64,000 nucleotides of DNA, taken from IMG/VR virus record IMGVR_UViG_3300037264_003921, positions 32,001 to 96,000 of that record. One strand, 5' to 3'. A model generated the notes under the pieces. It searched no databases. It saw only the letters and a program-made list of their open reading frames with translations, and was not told where the DNA came from. A program made the translations under genes and the position numbers. Shown here piece by piece: positions 10,225 through 19,453 of this stretch. The DNA comes from a virus. Position 1 is the stretch's first letter. Each line of letters starts with the position of its first letter.

Positions 10225-11727
10225 TTACACCCTCGGCTTCCTAAACCTTGATGATATCAGTTTAGCCCCATCAACAACTACATCACAAAATACAACAGTG
10301 GATTTATATCCCATATCAACAACCGCTTTCAATTGGTTACGTGCATGTTTATACAAATAATGATTATTCAAGAACATAAAAGCAAACACTCGTGCCCATC
10401 CCTTATCGTTTACGCGTAAAGCGCGACCGCACTTCTGCTCATAGTCTGACCACAAATTACCACCACCACAAATTATTAAATTGTCAACTCCACCACGAAT
10501 ATCAAGGCCACGTTTTAATATCTTGCCACCTATCAGGCATTTAAGTTCACGACGCTCGAACATCTTTAAGTACTTCTGGCGAACAGTTTTTGATGTTTTG
10601 CCATATATAAAAACAGATCCTGGTATTACTTTTTCTAAAGTATGTCCAAGATCTTCGACATTGCCAGTATCAACCAAGATCAAGGTTGAATCATTTGGGA
10701 ATCCATTTATAATCTTTAATATTCGATTATGAAACTTTGGATTATCGATTATTTGTTCACGTTCAGCTATATCAAACGCCGTTTTGTCATCCTTGTGACC
10801 ATCCTCACCCATTGCAAACATGACAAATTTAATCGGTATAATCCGACCTAAAGCTTCTAAATCTCGCCTGTTTGCTTCATAAATCACAGAGCCAATATGT
10901 TCTTTTAGAATTAAATTTTCAACCGGACGTCTCTCATCAAATGGAGTAGCAGACAAGCCATATTTTCGACGTCCATTAAAATAATGTTTAAATAATGCCC
11001 TATATTGTTTGCTTACTGCTCTATCACATTCGTCAACAATTAACAAATCAGCTTTTTTCACTATCGCCTGAAATGTTTTAGCGTGTTTTAATCTTTTTGA
11101 ATATGCAGACGGATTTTTAAATTTAAATGATTCTGATGGTGAGCTTAATGATTGAATAGAACCAATAATGACACTCTGTCCATCCGGCGTTTCACCGCCA
11201 TAGAATAGCCCAACATCAAAAATGTCGCGCAATTTTAGTCGTTCCTTAATTTGCTCAATGACAATCCTCTGCTCAGCGATTACGACTGTCCGACAATTAA
11301 ACAGCTTTATGATACCAGCCGCTATTTCTGTTTTCCCAGCACCTGGTGGTAGTTTAAATAATCCAACTTCAACATCTGCCGATTTTTTAATTGCATCGAT
11401 TTGATATTGTTCAAGTGCTATATTAGAAAGCCAATTAGCATCAACTACAGTTCTATCTGGCACTGATATTTGTGGCCGCTCATCGATAACATCAAGTGGT
11501 ATATCCGCTGTTGTGCAAAACTCCTCAAGTTCTTGCAATAATGGTCTAGCAAGACGTTGTCGTTTAACGTCATATTTACGATAATATCCATCCCATGATT
11601 GCTGTGATGTGTCTATGAAATAAGCACGTGGATGTTTAACACTAAAATGATTAACAAGCTTAGGTTCTATACCAAGTGTAACTTGATCCAAGCATACCCA
11701 ATCATTATTAACGATTCTTGCTTGCAT
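10225..11727 (-). CDS. SF2 DNA helicase (UvsW-like)
   Basis: YQ motif, PPGAGKT, IVDECD, GLSATP, RGLDI, QKCGRALR. Confidence 0.88.
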   Translation of the reverse strand: MQARIVNNDWVCLDQVTLGIEPKLVNHFSVKHPRAYFIDTSQQSWDGYYRKYDVKRQRLARPLLQELEEFCTTADIPLDVIDERPQISVPDRTVVDANWLSNIALEQYQIDAIKKSADVEVGLFKLPPGAGKTEIAAGIIKLFNCRTVVIAEQRIVIEQIKERLKLRDIFDVGLFYGGETPDGQSVIIGSIQSLSSPSESFKFKNPSAYSKRLKHAKTFQAIVKKADLLIVDECDRAVSKQYRALFKHYFNGRRKYGLSATPFDERRPVENLILKEHIGSVIYEANRRDLEALGRIIPIKFVMFAMGEDGHKDDKTAFDIAEREQIIDNPKFHNRILKIINGFPNDSTLILVDTGNVEDLGHTLEKVIPGSVFIYGKTSKTVRQKYLKMFERRELKCLIGGKILKRGLDIRGGVDNLIICGGGNLWSDYEQKCGRALRVNDKGWARVFAFMFLNNHYLYKHARNQLKAVVDMGYKSTVVFCDVVVDGAKLISSRFRKPRV

Positions 11728-11798
11728 GCTTTATTTATCTAACATTAATAGACAACAGTATAATTAAACTAATTTATAGTTAAAATATAAAATATGAT

Positions 11799-12419
11799 AT
11801 GAAATTATTAAGAAAGCTATGGGCAGCTATTGATAAAAATGATATAAATTCTGTTTTGTCAATGTTAGGGCCAGACCCATTCAATGTTCAATCACAGAAA
11901 TTCATAAGTCAATATTGCAAAACAATAGGATTGAAAAAATTTGAGTTATTTTGTGAGTTGATCTTATCAAACAAATTATTAGACACAGCAATATTAGGTT
12001 ATATCATGTTAGGACATCGAAGCTATGACAAAAACGAACATGAAACAATGAGGAGAGCGTACAAAAAAACTATTGAGCTCGCCGAAGATAGAGTTGGTGC
12101 ACAAAAATGGTTATATGCTGCGTATTATTATTGGGCAAAACATGACCAAAACATTGAAACTAAAATAAATTGCATTCGTCTTTCGATTACAAAACCAGAT
12201 TATAGTGGATTTAGCCAATCACTAATCAATTCAAAATTCAAACGGGCTCTAGCTTGGTTGATAACATTTGGAGGACCTAAAGACAAAAAGATTATTGACA
12301 TTGGTTTTAAAAGATTTCATCGTATGATGGAGATTGGCAAAATTTCTAAAAAGAAATACGATGCTTTCATCAAATCAACAGATTATGCAAAGTGGTTCAT
12401 TAGCGACAAGAATCCATAA
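11799..12419 (+). CDS. Hypothetical protein
   Basis: 206-aa plus-strand ORF filling the gap between two minus-strand genes. Confidence 0.6.
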   Translation: MKLLRKLWAAIDKNDINSVLSMLGPDPFNVQSQKFISQYCKTIGLKKFELFCELILSNKLLDTAILGYIMLGHRSYDKNEHETMRRAYKKTIELAEDRVGAQKWLYAAYYYWAKHDQNIETKINCIRLSITKPDYSGFSQSLINSKFKRALAWLITFGGPKDKKIIDIGFKRFHRMMEIGKISKKKYDAFIKSTDYAKWFISDKNP

Positions 12420-15400
12420 TTACGGAGAGCACCCACCAAGAGACGTCCCACATGAAAGACATAACTTACACGGAAATTCTTGAATCAATTCGCTCCCACA
12501 TTTACTACATCCACGTCCTTTAGTGGCAGCTATAAATGTCCTCTGCCCCAATACAGATTCATTCTGTGATTTATGTCCGTTGCCATTGTGTCCATTCTTC
12601 CCATTTTTAATCATTCCACGGCGCACTTCATGCTCTGCTGGTATTTTCTTACAATAGGTTGTGTCGCCCTCGTACTCCAGCATGGCCAATTTAACAACCA
12701 AATCAGGGACGCTAGAGCAATATGTAATATATGGATGATCAGTACGGCCAGCAGGACCTCCCTCTTCATTCAAAAAACTGTCGGCAATTTCTTTTATTGG
12801 TTGGCCATATTGAATTGCATTAGACATGGATCTGCTCATCCATCTCATAGCCAATGTAAAATCTGGATTACTTTTGCCAACTTCAATCCAAATCTCAGCT
12901 AAACTACCATCTTCATATTCACCAAATTTAATGATGATCTTATGATGCCCCTGAGTTGTATAAATTGTAACTTCATGAGCAACCAGCTCACGTTTACGAG
13001 GTGGCCTACGTCTATCACCACGAAGGTACACTCTAGCGTCTTTACACGAATCGCTCCACCAACTCATATCAGTAGGGTTGTTAAGTGGTTGGCTTTGTTT
13101 AGATCCATCGCGATAGACAGCAAACCCTTTTATTCCACCTGGGCAGTAGCGAGTAGACCCCCTACCATCAAATGCCATCAGATACAAATTGCCAATATCA
13201 TCTTCGGTAGCTTCATTAGGTTCATTAACAGTTTTGCTGATAGCCCCACTGATAAATGGAGACACTGCTGAACACATTCTAACATGAGCCTCTGGATTAA
13301 TGAACCTCTTACCATATCCACTTCTATTAGCACAATCAAATATCGACAAATGCTCAGATCGTATATGTGGTGCTCCCTCAAGTGTGCCATACCCACAAAT
13401 CCATTTATTGGCTTCAATGTATTGTTCTTGTGTAAACTTTAAGGCAGTAAAAATATTCGTAGATTTTTTATCAATGTCAATCGCCTGTAGTGTGTCGTCT
13501 GACAATTTATACGGCATTAATGCATAACGCAACTGACTTACACCACTCAGATTAGCCTCTATTTCGTCTAAATCATCTACAGTAACACCGACATCAAGCA
13601 GAGATTGACGATTAATATATGGAGCGCCATCAAATGTGTTATTACCTAATACGTATATCATTATGTCGTCAACTTGAGAATCAGAGTAACCCAAATTCCG
13701 CAAACTAGTCTCAACAGACTCATTTACAATCTTCATAGAACCGCCACCAGATAAACGTTTAAATTTCACAATACCAAAATCTGGTTCAATGGCTGTGGTA
13801 TCACAGCCAAGTACAAGCCCTATAGTACCAGACGGTTGAATGACTGTAACAAATGCATTTCTATATCCAAATTTATCACCTTGTGTTATGGCATTATCCC
13901 ATGCTGCTTCAATTGTATTGGTCAATTCATCATTTATAAAACTGTGATCGATCGACCATGGCGTAACAGTGAGATTTCTAAATGAGAATGATTTTAATGA
14001 TTTACGCACAGATGCAGCACAATGATTTCGTAGTACTTGCTGCATGCAATCTTTGTTCGCTTCATAGCGAGGAAATGTTCCTAAAGTCCTAGCCATATCA
14101 GCACTTACGCTATAACATTCCGCTGTCATCAGAGAAGTGACAGCCGCAGATAGATGACATGCCTTATCACAATCATATTTGATTCCAGCCCTCATCAACA
14201 CAGCGCCGATCCCGGAATGCCCCAAACCAGTTGTACGATATTTAACAGTACCTTCTGCTAGTTGTTTGGTTGGTAATTGAGCGGCATTTATCGATATATC
14301 AAGTACCATCAACCAATGACGGCATGCAGCAATAAAATCCTTAATTTTAAGATCGCCGTTATCGTGGAATAGAGTTTGGAGATTTAAAGTAGCTAAATTA
14401 CAAGCCGTGTCGTCTAAGAATGTATATTCTAAACACGGGTTTGAAGTTTTAATTCTTCCATCAGACTTACAAGTATTCCAATCATTTATAATATCATCAT
14501 ACTGAACACCAGGATCGCCAGATTCCCAAGCAGCTTTTTTAATATATTGCCACAATTCTCTAGCCTTCATTCGTCTGATCACTTGTCCAGTTGTCCGAGC
14601 TGTCATATCCCACATGACATCACCAACGACTGCATCTAAAAATTTCTTAGATAGGCGTATTGAATTGTTGGAGTTTTGTCCTGATACTGTTTGATAAGCT
14701 TCTCCCTCCCATCCAGCATCAAAACCGCCAATTGCTAAGGCTTGAGTCTTTTTCTCTTCGATTCCTTTCCATAAAATAAATTCTGGTGCCTCTGGATGGT
14801 CTATATCAACAACCACCATCTTGGCAGCCTTTCGTTGTGAAGATCCTGATTTTACAACACCTGCTGACCTATCAAAGATTTTCAAGAAACTCATCAGCCC
14901 AGTGGCTGGGTTGCCACTACTCAACTTTTCAAATTTTGAACGAATAGCAGAAAAATTTGAGCCAGAGCCTCCACCAGAGACGAATGCTCTTGCTTCGCTT
15001 ACTATTCTATTAAATATGCCATCTTCTTCAAATAAACTGTCACCAACAGATTGTAAAAAGCACGCATGGATACCAGGATTTTCATATGTATTACTAGTTT
15101 CATTAGCGACACAAGTCTTTGGATCAGCTTTCCAGAATCCTTTCTTTTTCCCTGCATGTCCATATGCCCAGTAGACGCCACTATTAAACCATTGCGGGGT
15201 ATTAGGGGCAGCAATTTGGTTTATCAACATGTAGACTGATTCGTCATAAAAAATCTTCGCATCAGCCTCTTCATCGAAATATCCATACCACCAACCCCAA
15301 TAAGCCCAGAATCCAGCTAGTCTATGAAAAATCTGTTTTGTACTAGTCTCAGGCCCAAATTGACATCCATCAACAGGTGTAGAGCGCTGTAGCCAATCTG

Positions 15401-15650
15401 ATATCTGTTTGCCAGAAGGGGTTGATTCAGACACTTTAATGCTTTTACTAGGGACATTAGTTAACCTCAGGTATTTTGATAGGATTATATCCTGAGAGAT
15501 TTGAGACCAATGTGCTGGTATCTCAATGTTTTCTATCTTAAAAATGATTTCATTTGTGTTTTCATTTTTAATTGTGGTACTAACTTCTTTCCATTCAACA
15601 TAGCTAAATGGATCAATCCCATCTTCTGTAAAATGTCTAGCCAATTTCAT
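12420..15650 (-). CDS. nrdJ: Class II (adenosylcobalamin-dependent) ribonucleotide reductase
   Basis: APNTPQWFN, HACF, GGGSGSNFS, SNPCLEY..LDDTACNLA, PSGTIG, ISGAISKTVN, YRDGSK..QPL, and a C-terminal CxxC..CxxC. Confidence 0.93.
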   Translation of the reverse strand: MKLARHFTEDGIDPFSYVEWKEVSTTIKNENTNEIIFKIENIEIPAHWSQISQDIILSKYLRLTNVPSKSIKVSESTPSGKQISDWLQRSTPVDGCQFGPETSTKQIFHRLAGFWAYWGWWYGYFDEEADAKIFYDESVYMLINQIAAPNTPQWFNSGVYWAYGHAGKKKGFWKADPKTCVANETSNTYENPGIHACFLQSVGDSLFEEDGIFNRIVSEARAFVSGGGSGSNFSAIRSKFEKLSSGNPATGLMSFLKIFDRSAGVVKSGSSQRKAAKMVVVDIDHPEAPEFILWKGIEEKKTQALAIGGFDAGWEGEAYQTVSGQNSNNSIRLSKKFLDAVVGDVMWDMTARTTGQVIRRMKARELWQYIKKAAWESGDPGVQYDDIINDWNTCKSDGRIKTSNPCLEYTFLDDTACNLATLNLQTLFHDNGDLKIKDFIAACRHWLMVLDISINAAQLPTKQLAEGTVKYRTTGLGHSGIGAVLMRAGIKYDCDKACHLSAAVTSLMTAECYSVSADMARTLGTFPRYEANKDCMQQVLRNHCAASVRKSLKSFSFRNLTVTPWSIDHSFINDELTNTIEAAWDNAITQGDKFGYRNAFVTVIQPSGTIGLVLGCDTTAIEPDFGIVKFKRLSGGGSMKIVNESVETSLRNLGYSDSQVDDIMIYVLGNNTFDGAPYINRQSLLDVGVTVDDLDEIEANLSGVSQLRYALMPYKLSDDTLQAIDIDKKSTNIFTALKFTQEQYIEANKWICGYGTLEGAPHIRSEHLSIFDCANRSGYGKRFINPEAHVRMCSAVSPFISGAISKTVNEPNEATEDDIGNLYLMAFDGRGSTRYCPGGIKGFAVYRDGSKQSQPLNNPTDMSWWSDSCKDARVYLRGDRRRPPRKRELVAHEVTIYTTQGHHKIIIKFGEYEDGSLAEIWIEVGKSNPDFTLAMRWMSRSMSNAIQYGQPIKEIADSFLNEEGGPAGRTDHPYITYCSSVPDLVVKLAMLEYEGDTTYCKKIPAEHEVRRGMIKNGKNGHNGNGHKSQNESVLGQRTFIAATKGRGCSKCGSELIQEFPCKLCLSCGTSLGGCSP

Positions 15651-16291
15651 CTAATATGCTCCATAGATAATCCAATTGTAAGTAGATCCTCTCCCATGAC
15701 AGGCTTAATTTTATTAAACAAATTAACATCGCCTAAAATTTTGATCCTATTATTCAGTAATAACTCATCTGATGGAAATTCATATCTGTCGACTTGATGC
15801 AATAGATTCATCGCTTTACGGCAATTAACTGATATTGATATAAAGCTCAACCCTATCTCTCCAGATCTAAACCATTTTACCATATTAGCAAACCCATTTT
15901 TATTGGACCAAATCAAAACGTCAACAGCTACGCAGTTACCTACTTTTTTATTTATAAAGTCATTAGACCTTACGATATCATTTATTAGTGATTCAGTTTT
16001 TGTAATTTGTATATTAAGATAGCTATAGCATATTTTCAATATTGAGCCCATATTTAATAATGCCGTTCCTTTATTCAATAAATTATTTCTATCACCATAT
16101 CTAACAATTTCTCTAATTAATTCATACGTTATTAAATCATTGATTTTCCACTCTCTCACTTGTTCAATGAATTTATTAATCGAGCGATATGCATATGTTT
16201 TTGATGGGTCAGTGTTCCGTGGTAACCTGACATGGCGGCCAACGCTAAACATTGCCCGCCTATAGCATTCATAGACACTTTGTATATCCAA
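15647..16291 (-). CDS. Hypothetical protein, weak resemblance to T4 gp59 helicase loader
   Basis: 214 aa. SVYECY start and MVKWFRSGEIGLSFI are loosely gp59-like. Confidence 0.35.
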   Translation of the reverse strand: MDIQSVYECYRRAMFSVGRHVRLPRNTDPSKTYAYRSINKFIEQVREWKINDLITYELIREIVRYGDRNNLLNKGTALLNMGSILKICYSYLNIQITKTESLINDIVRSNDFINKKVGNCVAVDVLIWSNKNGFANMVKWFRSGEIGLSFISISVNCRKAMNLLHQVDRYEFPSDELLLNNRIKILGDVNLFNKIKPVMGEDLLTIGLSMEHIR

Positions 16292-16378
16292 AATTTAGCT
16301 CCAGAATTCTAAAATCATCAACATGTATATAATTAATGCTCGTTTATTTTTAACAAATTAATTACATGGAGACATCAA

Positions 16379-16645
16379 ATGGACGCAGCCAGTGAAATAC
16401 CACAGGACAACAATGTAGAGCCAAACAAACAAGATGGCATTAAAAAATCATTAGATAAAGAGATCAATGATATAGTTGGACAGTTCTTTAAAGATCGTGG
16501 CATAGAAAATGCCATAGTAATAGCTGTCAACCCTGAAGATAACAATATAGCACTATTTTATACGAATCATTTCTATGACGCCACACGACTATTAAATGAT
16601 GTTTATAAACAGTTTAAAGATCGTATTGAAAAAGAATTGTCTTAA
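16379..16645 (+). CDS. Hypothetical protein
   Basis: 88 aa with GGAG upstream. Confidence 0.6.
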   Translation: MDAASEIPQDNNVEPNKQDGIKKSLDKEINDIVGQFFKDRGIENAIVIAVNPEDNNIALFYTNHFYDATRLLNDVYKQFKDRIEKELS

Positions 16646-18315
16646 CGATCTGAAGCTCCACGCTCAAAGTAGAATTGTATTTTCTTTTCTCCAAGCGTAA
16701 TAAGTTCATTGAACCCAATTCCATTTGAACCAGCTTCAGCAAGTTTTTTAGTCGGAATCACATCATCGGTTGGTTGGAATATTGTAACAAATTTGACCCC
16801 AGAAACAGCTTGTATAGCTTCATATAAATTACTAAGATATAAACCGATACCCATATCAAAATTAGAGACATCAAAAAAATCATTGATCACTTTATTAACA
16901 GCTTCTCTTACTGTTCCAGCATCAGCCGTTCTACTTATTATAACATTAGTCCTAAGATCAATTGGTTTTATCTTGCCATCCAACACCCTAATCTCATCAG
17001 TCAAAACTGCAATTTCTGAGAAAAATTGTGTTAATCCCTGCTTTAATCCTGCACTCGGCACGACTGGTATGTGATCTGGGCCTTCAGCAAGCACATATAA
17101 TTCAACAATGTTTCTATTTATAAAATTAGCATCTAATATAGCAACAGCTTCTTCTATGGTAGCAGCCGAACGTACCAAGACTGCCAATGACTCAGAATTT
17201 TCAACTCCTGTACGTAATATTGCAACAGCACGTAACACTGATCCAAATACTGGATGTGTGAATGTTTTAGAAAGTTGTGCATAGTCTTCGCCAGTAGTTG
17301 CTGACCCAAGAGTAGCAGCCTCTTTTGGCGCACGAGCTTTAGCACTATCAAGACTTTCTTCATCAGTGCCACCAGAGCTTGGAGCTGGATTCCTGAAAAA
17401 CACTTCAACTGGTGCACTGACTGGTGCATCTGGAGTAACAGGGCGGGTTTCATTGATAAAATTAGCACCAATTCTACCGCGAATCCCGCCGCCAACTCTA
17501 TATCTAACTGTTATAATCTGGCCAGCGACTGGTGATTTTCCAGCAATATTGTCCCCGAACACTATTCTTGTTCTATCTTCAGAAAATCTAACCTCAAACA
17601 CTTCATCATTCGCACCAAATTTCTCTAAATTTTTAATCCTATGGAATGCAACAGTGTCGTTACCAGTCGTTACTTCAACTGTAATCGGATCGTCTAGGAC
17701 GTTTTTATCTAATATATCAACAATCTGACTGTGCCCACCGGCAGATTCCACAACAATTTGATCCGCAAATCGTCCTTCAATTCCGAATGCAATAACCCCT
17801 CTTTTACCTGTCGGAATTGTAATCTTACTATTAAAGTCACCTGGAGCTCTATATATTTCATATGTCAATGGCAACCCATCAGAGCCAGTAAGACTAAATC
17901 TCATACCAGATTGCATATTAACATTCGTCAAAGCAGGATTGTCTATCGTAACCTCAACATCAACAACAGCTGGTGTCGCTCTTTTAATCTCTTGATTGAT
18001 TAGACGCAAATGATTGATTACTGCTTCTTTTGTCTGAGCCGTTGGTAAAAACGATTCATCAGCTAATATATCACTACGCTGTGACAATATGTTACCAACA
18101 GCGGATACAAGTTCAGTAAACATAATAACGCCATTGCTGGCGACAAAATCATTGAAACTATCACTAAAATATGTCTTGATGTATTCAATAAGAGCCCGAC
18201 GCATTGTAACAAAGTCAAGAGCACTAAAATTAATCCTGCGCAGTTCTGCTGGAGCTAGAACAACACCAAACTCTTGTGGCTCTGTTGGTAGGTTAAATAT
18301 TGTTTTTTGTGTCAT
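16642..18315 (-). CDS. Baseplate wedge protein (T4 gp6 / baseplate J-like)
   Basis: INFSALDF...FNDF..SN, ESFLPTAQ, IVFGDNIAGK, YRVGGG..G, GGTDEES, ATTGEDY. Confidence 0.88.
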   Translation of the reverse strand: MTQKTIFNLPTEPQEFGVVLAPAELRRINFSALDFVTMRRALIEYIKTYFSDSFNDFVASNGVIMFTELVSAVGNILSQRSDILADESFLPTAQTKEAVINHLRLINQEIKRATPAVVDVEVTIDNPALTNVNMQSGMRFSLTGSDGLPLTYEIYRAPGDFNSKITIPTGKRGVIAFGIEGRFADQIVVESAGGHSQIVDILDKNVLDDPITVEVTTGNDTVAFHRIKNLEKFGANDEVFEVRFSEDRTRIVFGDNIAGKSPVAGQIITVRYRVGGGIRGRIGANFINETRPVTPDAPVSAPVEVFFRNPAPSSGGTDEESLDSAKARAPKEAATLGSATTGEDYAQLSKTFTHPVFGSVLRAVAILRTGVENSESLAVLVRSAATIEEAVAILDANFINRNIVELYVLAEGPDHIPVVPSAGLKQGLTQFFSEIAVLTDEIRVLDGKIKPIDLRTNVIISRTADAGTVREAVNKVINDFFDVSNFDMGIGLYLSNLYEAIQAVSGVKFVTIFQPTDDVIPTKKLAEAGSNGIGFNELITLGEKKIQFYFERGASDR

Positions 18316-18319
18316 ATAG

Positions 18320-18706
18320 TTAGGTTATTGTTGGACCAATTGGTATTGTTAGATCTAACTCAAGTATCTTGTTTGGATTATTAACCAAAGCTGCAAACAC
18401 TTTAATACGCAATTGAATGTCATCATTATCAATCAATACATCTGACACTTTAACTCTCGATTCTGATGTGCTTATCGCTCTGATTATAGACTGTCTTATA
18501 TTATTGATCGTAAATGTATCAATTGGTTCAAATAATGATCCTTTTAGGTCAGTACCAAAATCAGGCCTGAATACCCTCTCACCTGGTGTCGTCAACAACA
18601 GCTGCAGCAAATCATTTTTAATCAATCTTTCATCTGTTTGAACTGGCATAACAGATATATCAGTTAAAAATGGTGGATTAAACCCAAAAAACAACGATTT
18701 TGCCAT
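18320..18706 (-). CDS. Baseplate protein gp25/GPW-like
   Basis: IKNDLLQLLLTTPGERVFRPDFGT...ESRV. Confidence 0.9.
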   Translation of the reverse strand: MAKSLFFGFNPPFLTDISVMPVQTDERLIKNDLLQLLLTTPGERVFRPDFGTDLKGSLFEPIDTFTINNIRQSIIRAISTSESRVKVSDVLIDNDDIQLRIKVFAALVNNPNKILELDLTIPIGPTIT

Positions 18707-19419
18707 TATTTGACAAGCTCCGATACTTTAATAAGAGCATCAACAGCGGCCCTAGCAAGACCGTTCAAATTATTGACATTTTCAATTAGAGAGTCTCGCT
18801 CTATAAGTAAGTCATTTTCTCTAGCTAGTAGCTTACTAAGCATTTCATTATTATTAATTTCTTTTACGGCTGATATTATCTTCCTGATTTCATTTAGTCG
18901 TTTTTGATTCTCTATTATTGCAACCTGACCGTCATTTATCTGCGATTGCAATAATGCAACTTCATCTTCAAGTTCTTTCTTCCTTGAGACTGATGCTAAC
19001 ATAAGAATATCTATGTCATCTTGAGACAGCCCGGCATCCTTAAGATCAATAAGATTTGTATTGTGTTGTAAATCTATTTGTTTTGGAATTTGCGTTACAG
19101 TCGGCAAAACAATATCTTCTGTATCAAATTCTAACAACTCTCCTATACTAAACATTCTTTTATTGCTTCCTGGTTGTGTTTTATTAGCTTCAATCAACGT
19201 ATACATTAATTCACCAACAGCAGCACGTCTTAGAGAATCATCATTTGATTGTGGTGGGCGCTTCCTAGTCTCTTCAGCAACTGGTAATTGTACGATAAGA
19301 GCGTCTGATCGTTTAGGATCTTCATTTGATATAATAAATGTAATATTACCAGCGTCTTCTGGTTTCTCTGGAAGCTGGCCAGCACTTTGATATAAACCTG
19401 TTGGATGACGTATTATAAT
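18706..19419 (-). CDS. Coiled-coil baseplate-region protein; probably starts upstream of the track ORF at a non-AUG codon
   Basis: Frame is open for 71 codons upstream of ATG 19206 (IIIRHPTGLYQSAGQLPEKP...). AAGGTG precedes ATT/ATA at 19419/19416. Confidence 0.55.
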   Translation of the reverse strand: MIIRHPTGLYQSAGQLPEKPEDAGNITFIISNEDPKRSDALIVQLPVAEETRKRPPQSNDDSLRRAAVGELMYTLIEANKTQPGSNKRMFSIGELLEFDTEDIVLPTVTQIPKQIDLQHNTNLIDLKDAGLSQDDIDILMLASVSRKKELEDEVALLQSQINDGQVAIIENQKRLNEIRKIISAVKEINNNEMLSKLLARENDLLIERDSLIENVNNLNGLARAAVDALIKVSELVK

Positions 19420-19453
19420 ATTACACCTTGAATTTGGATATTATATTTTTGAT

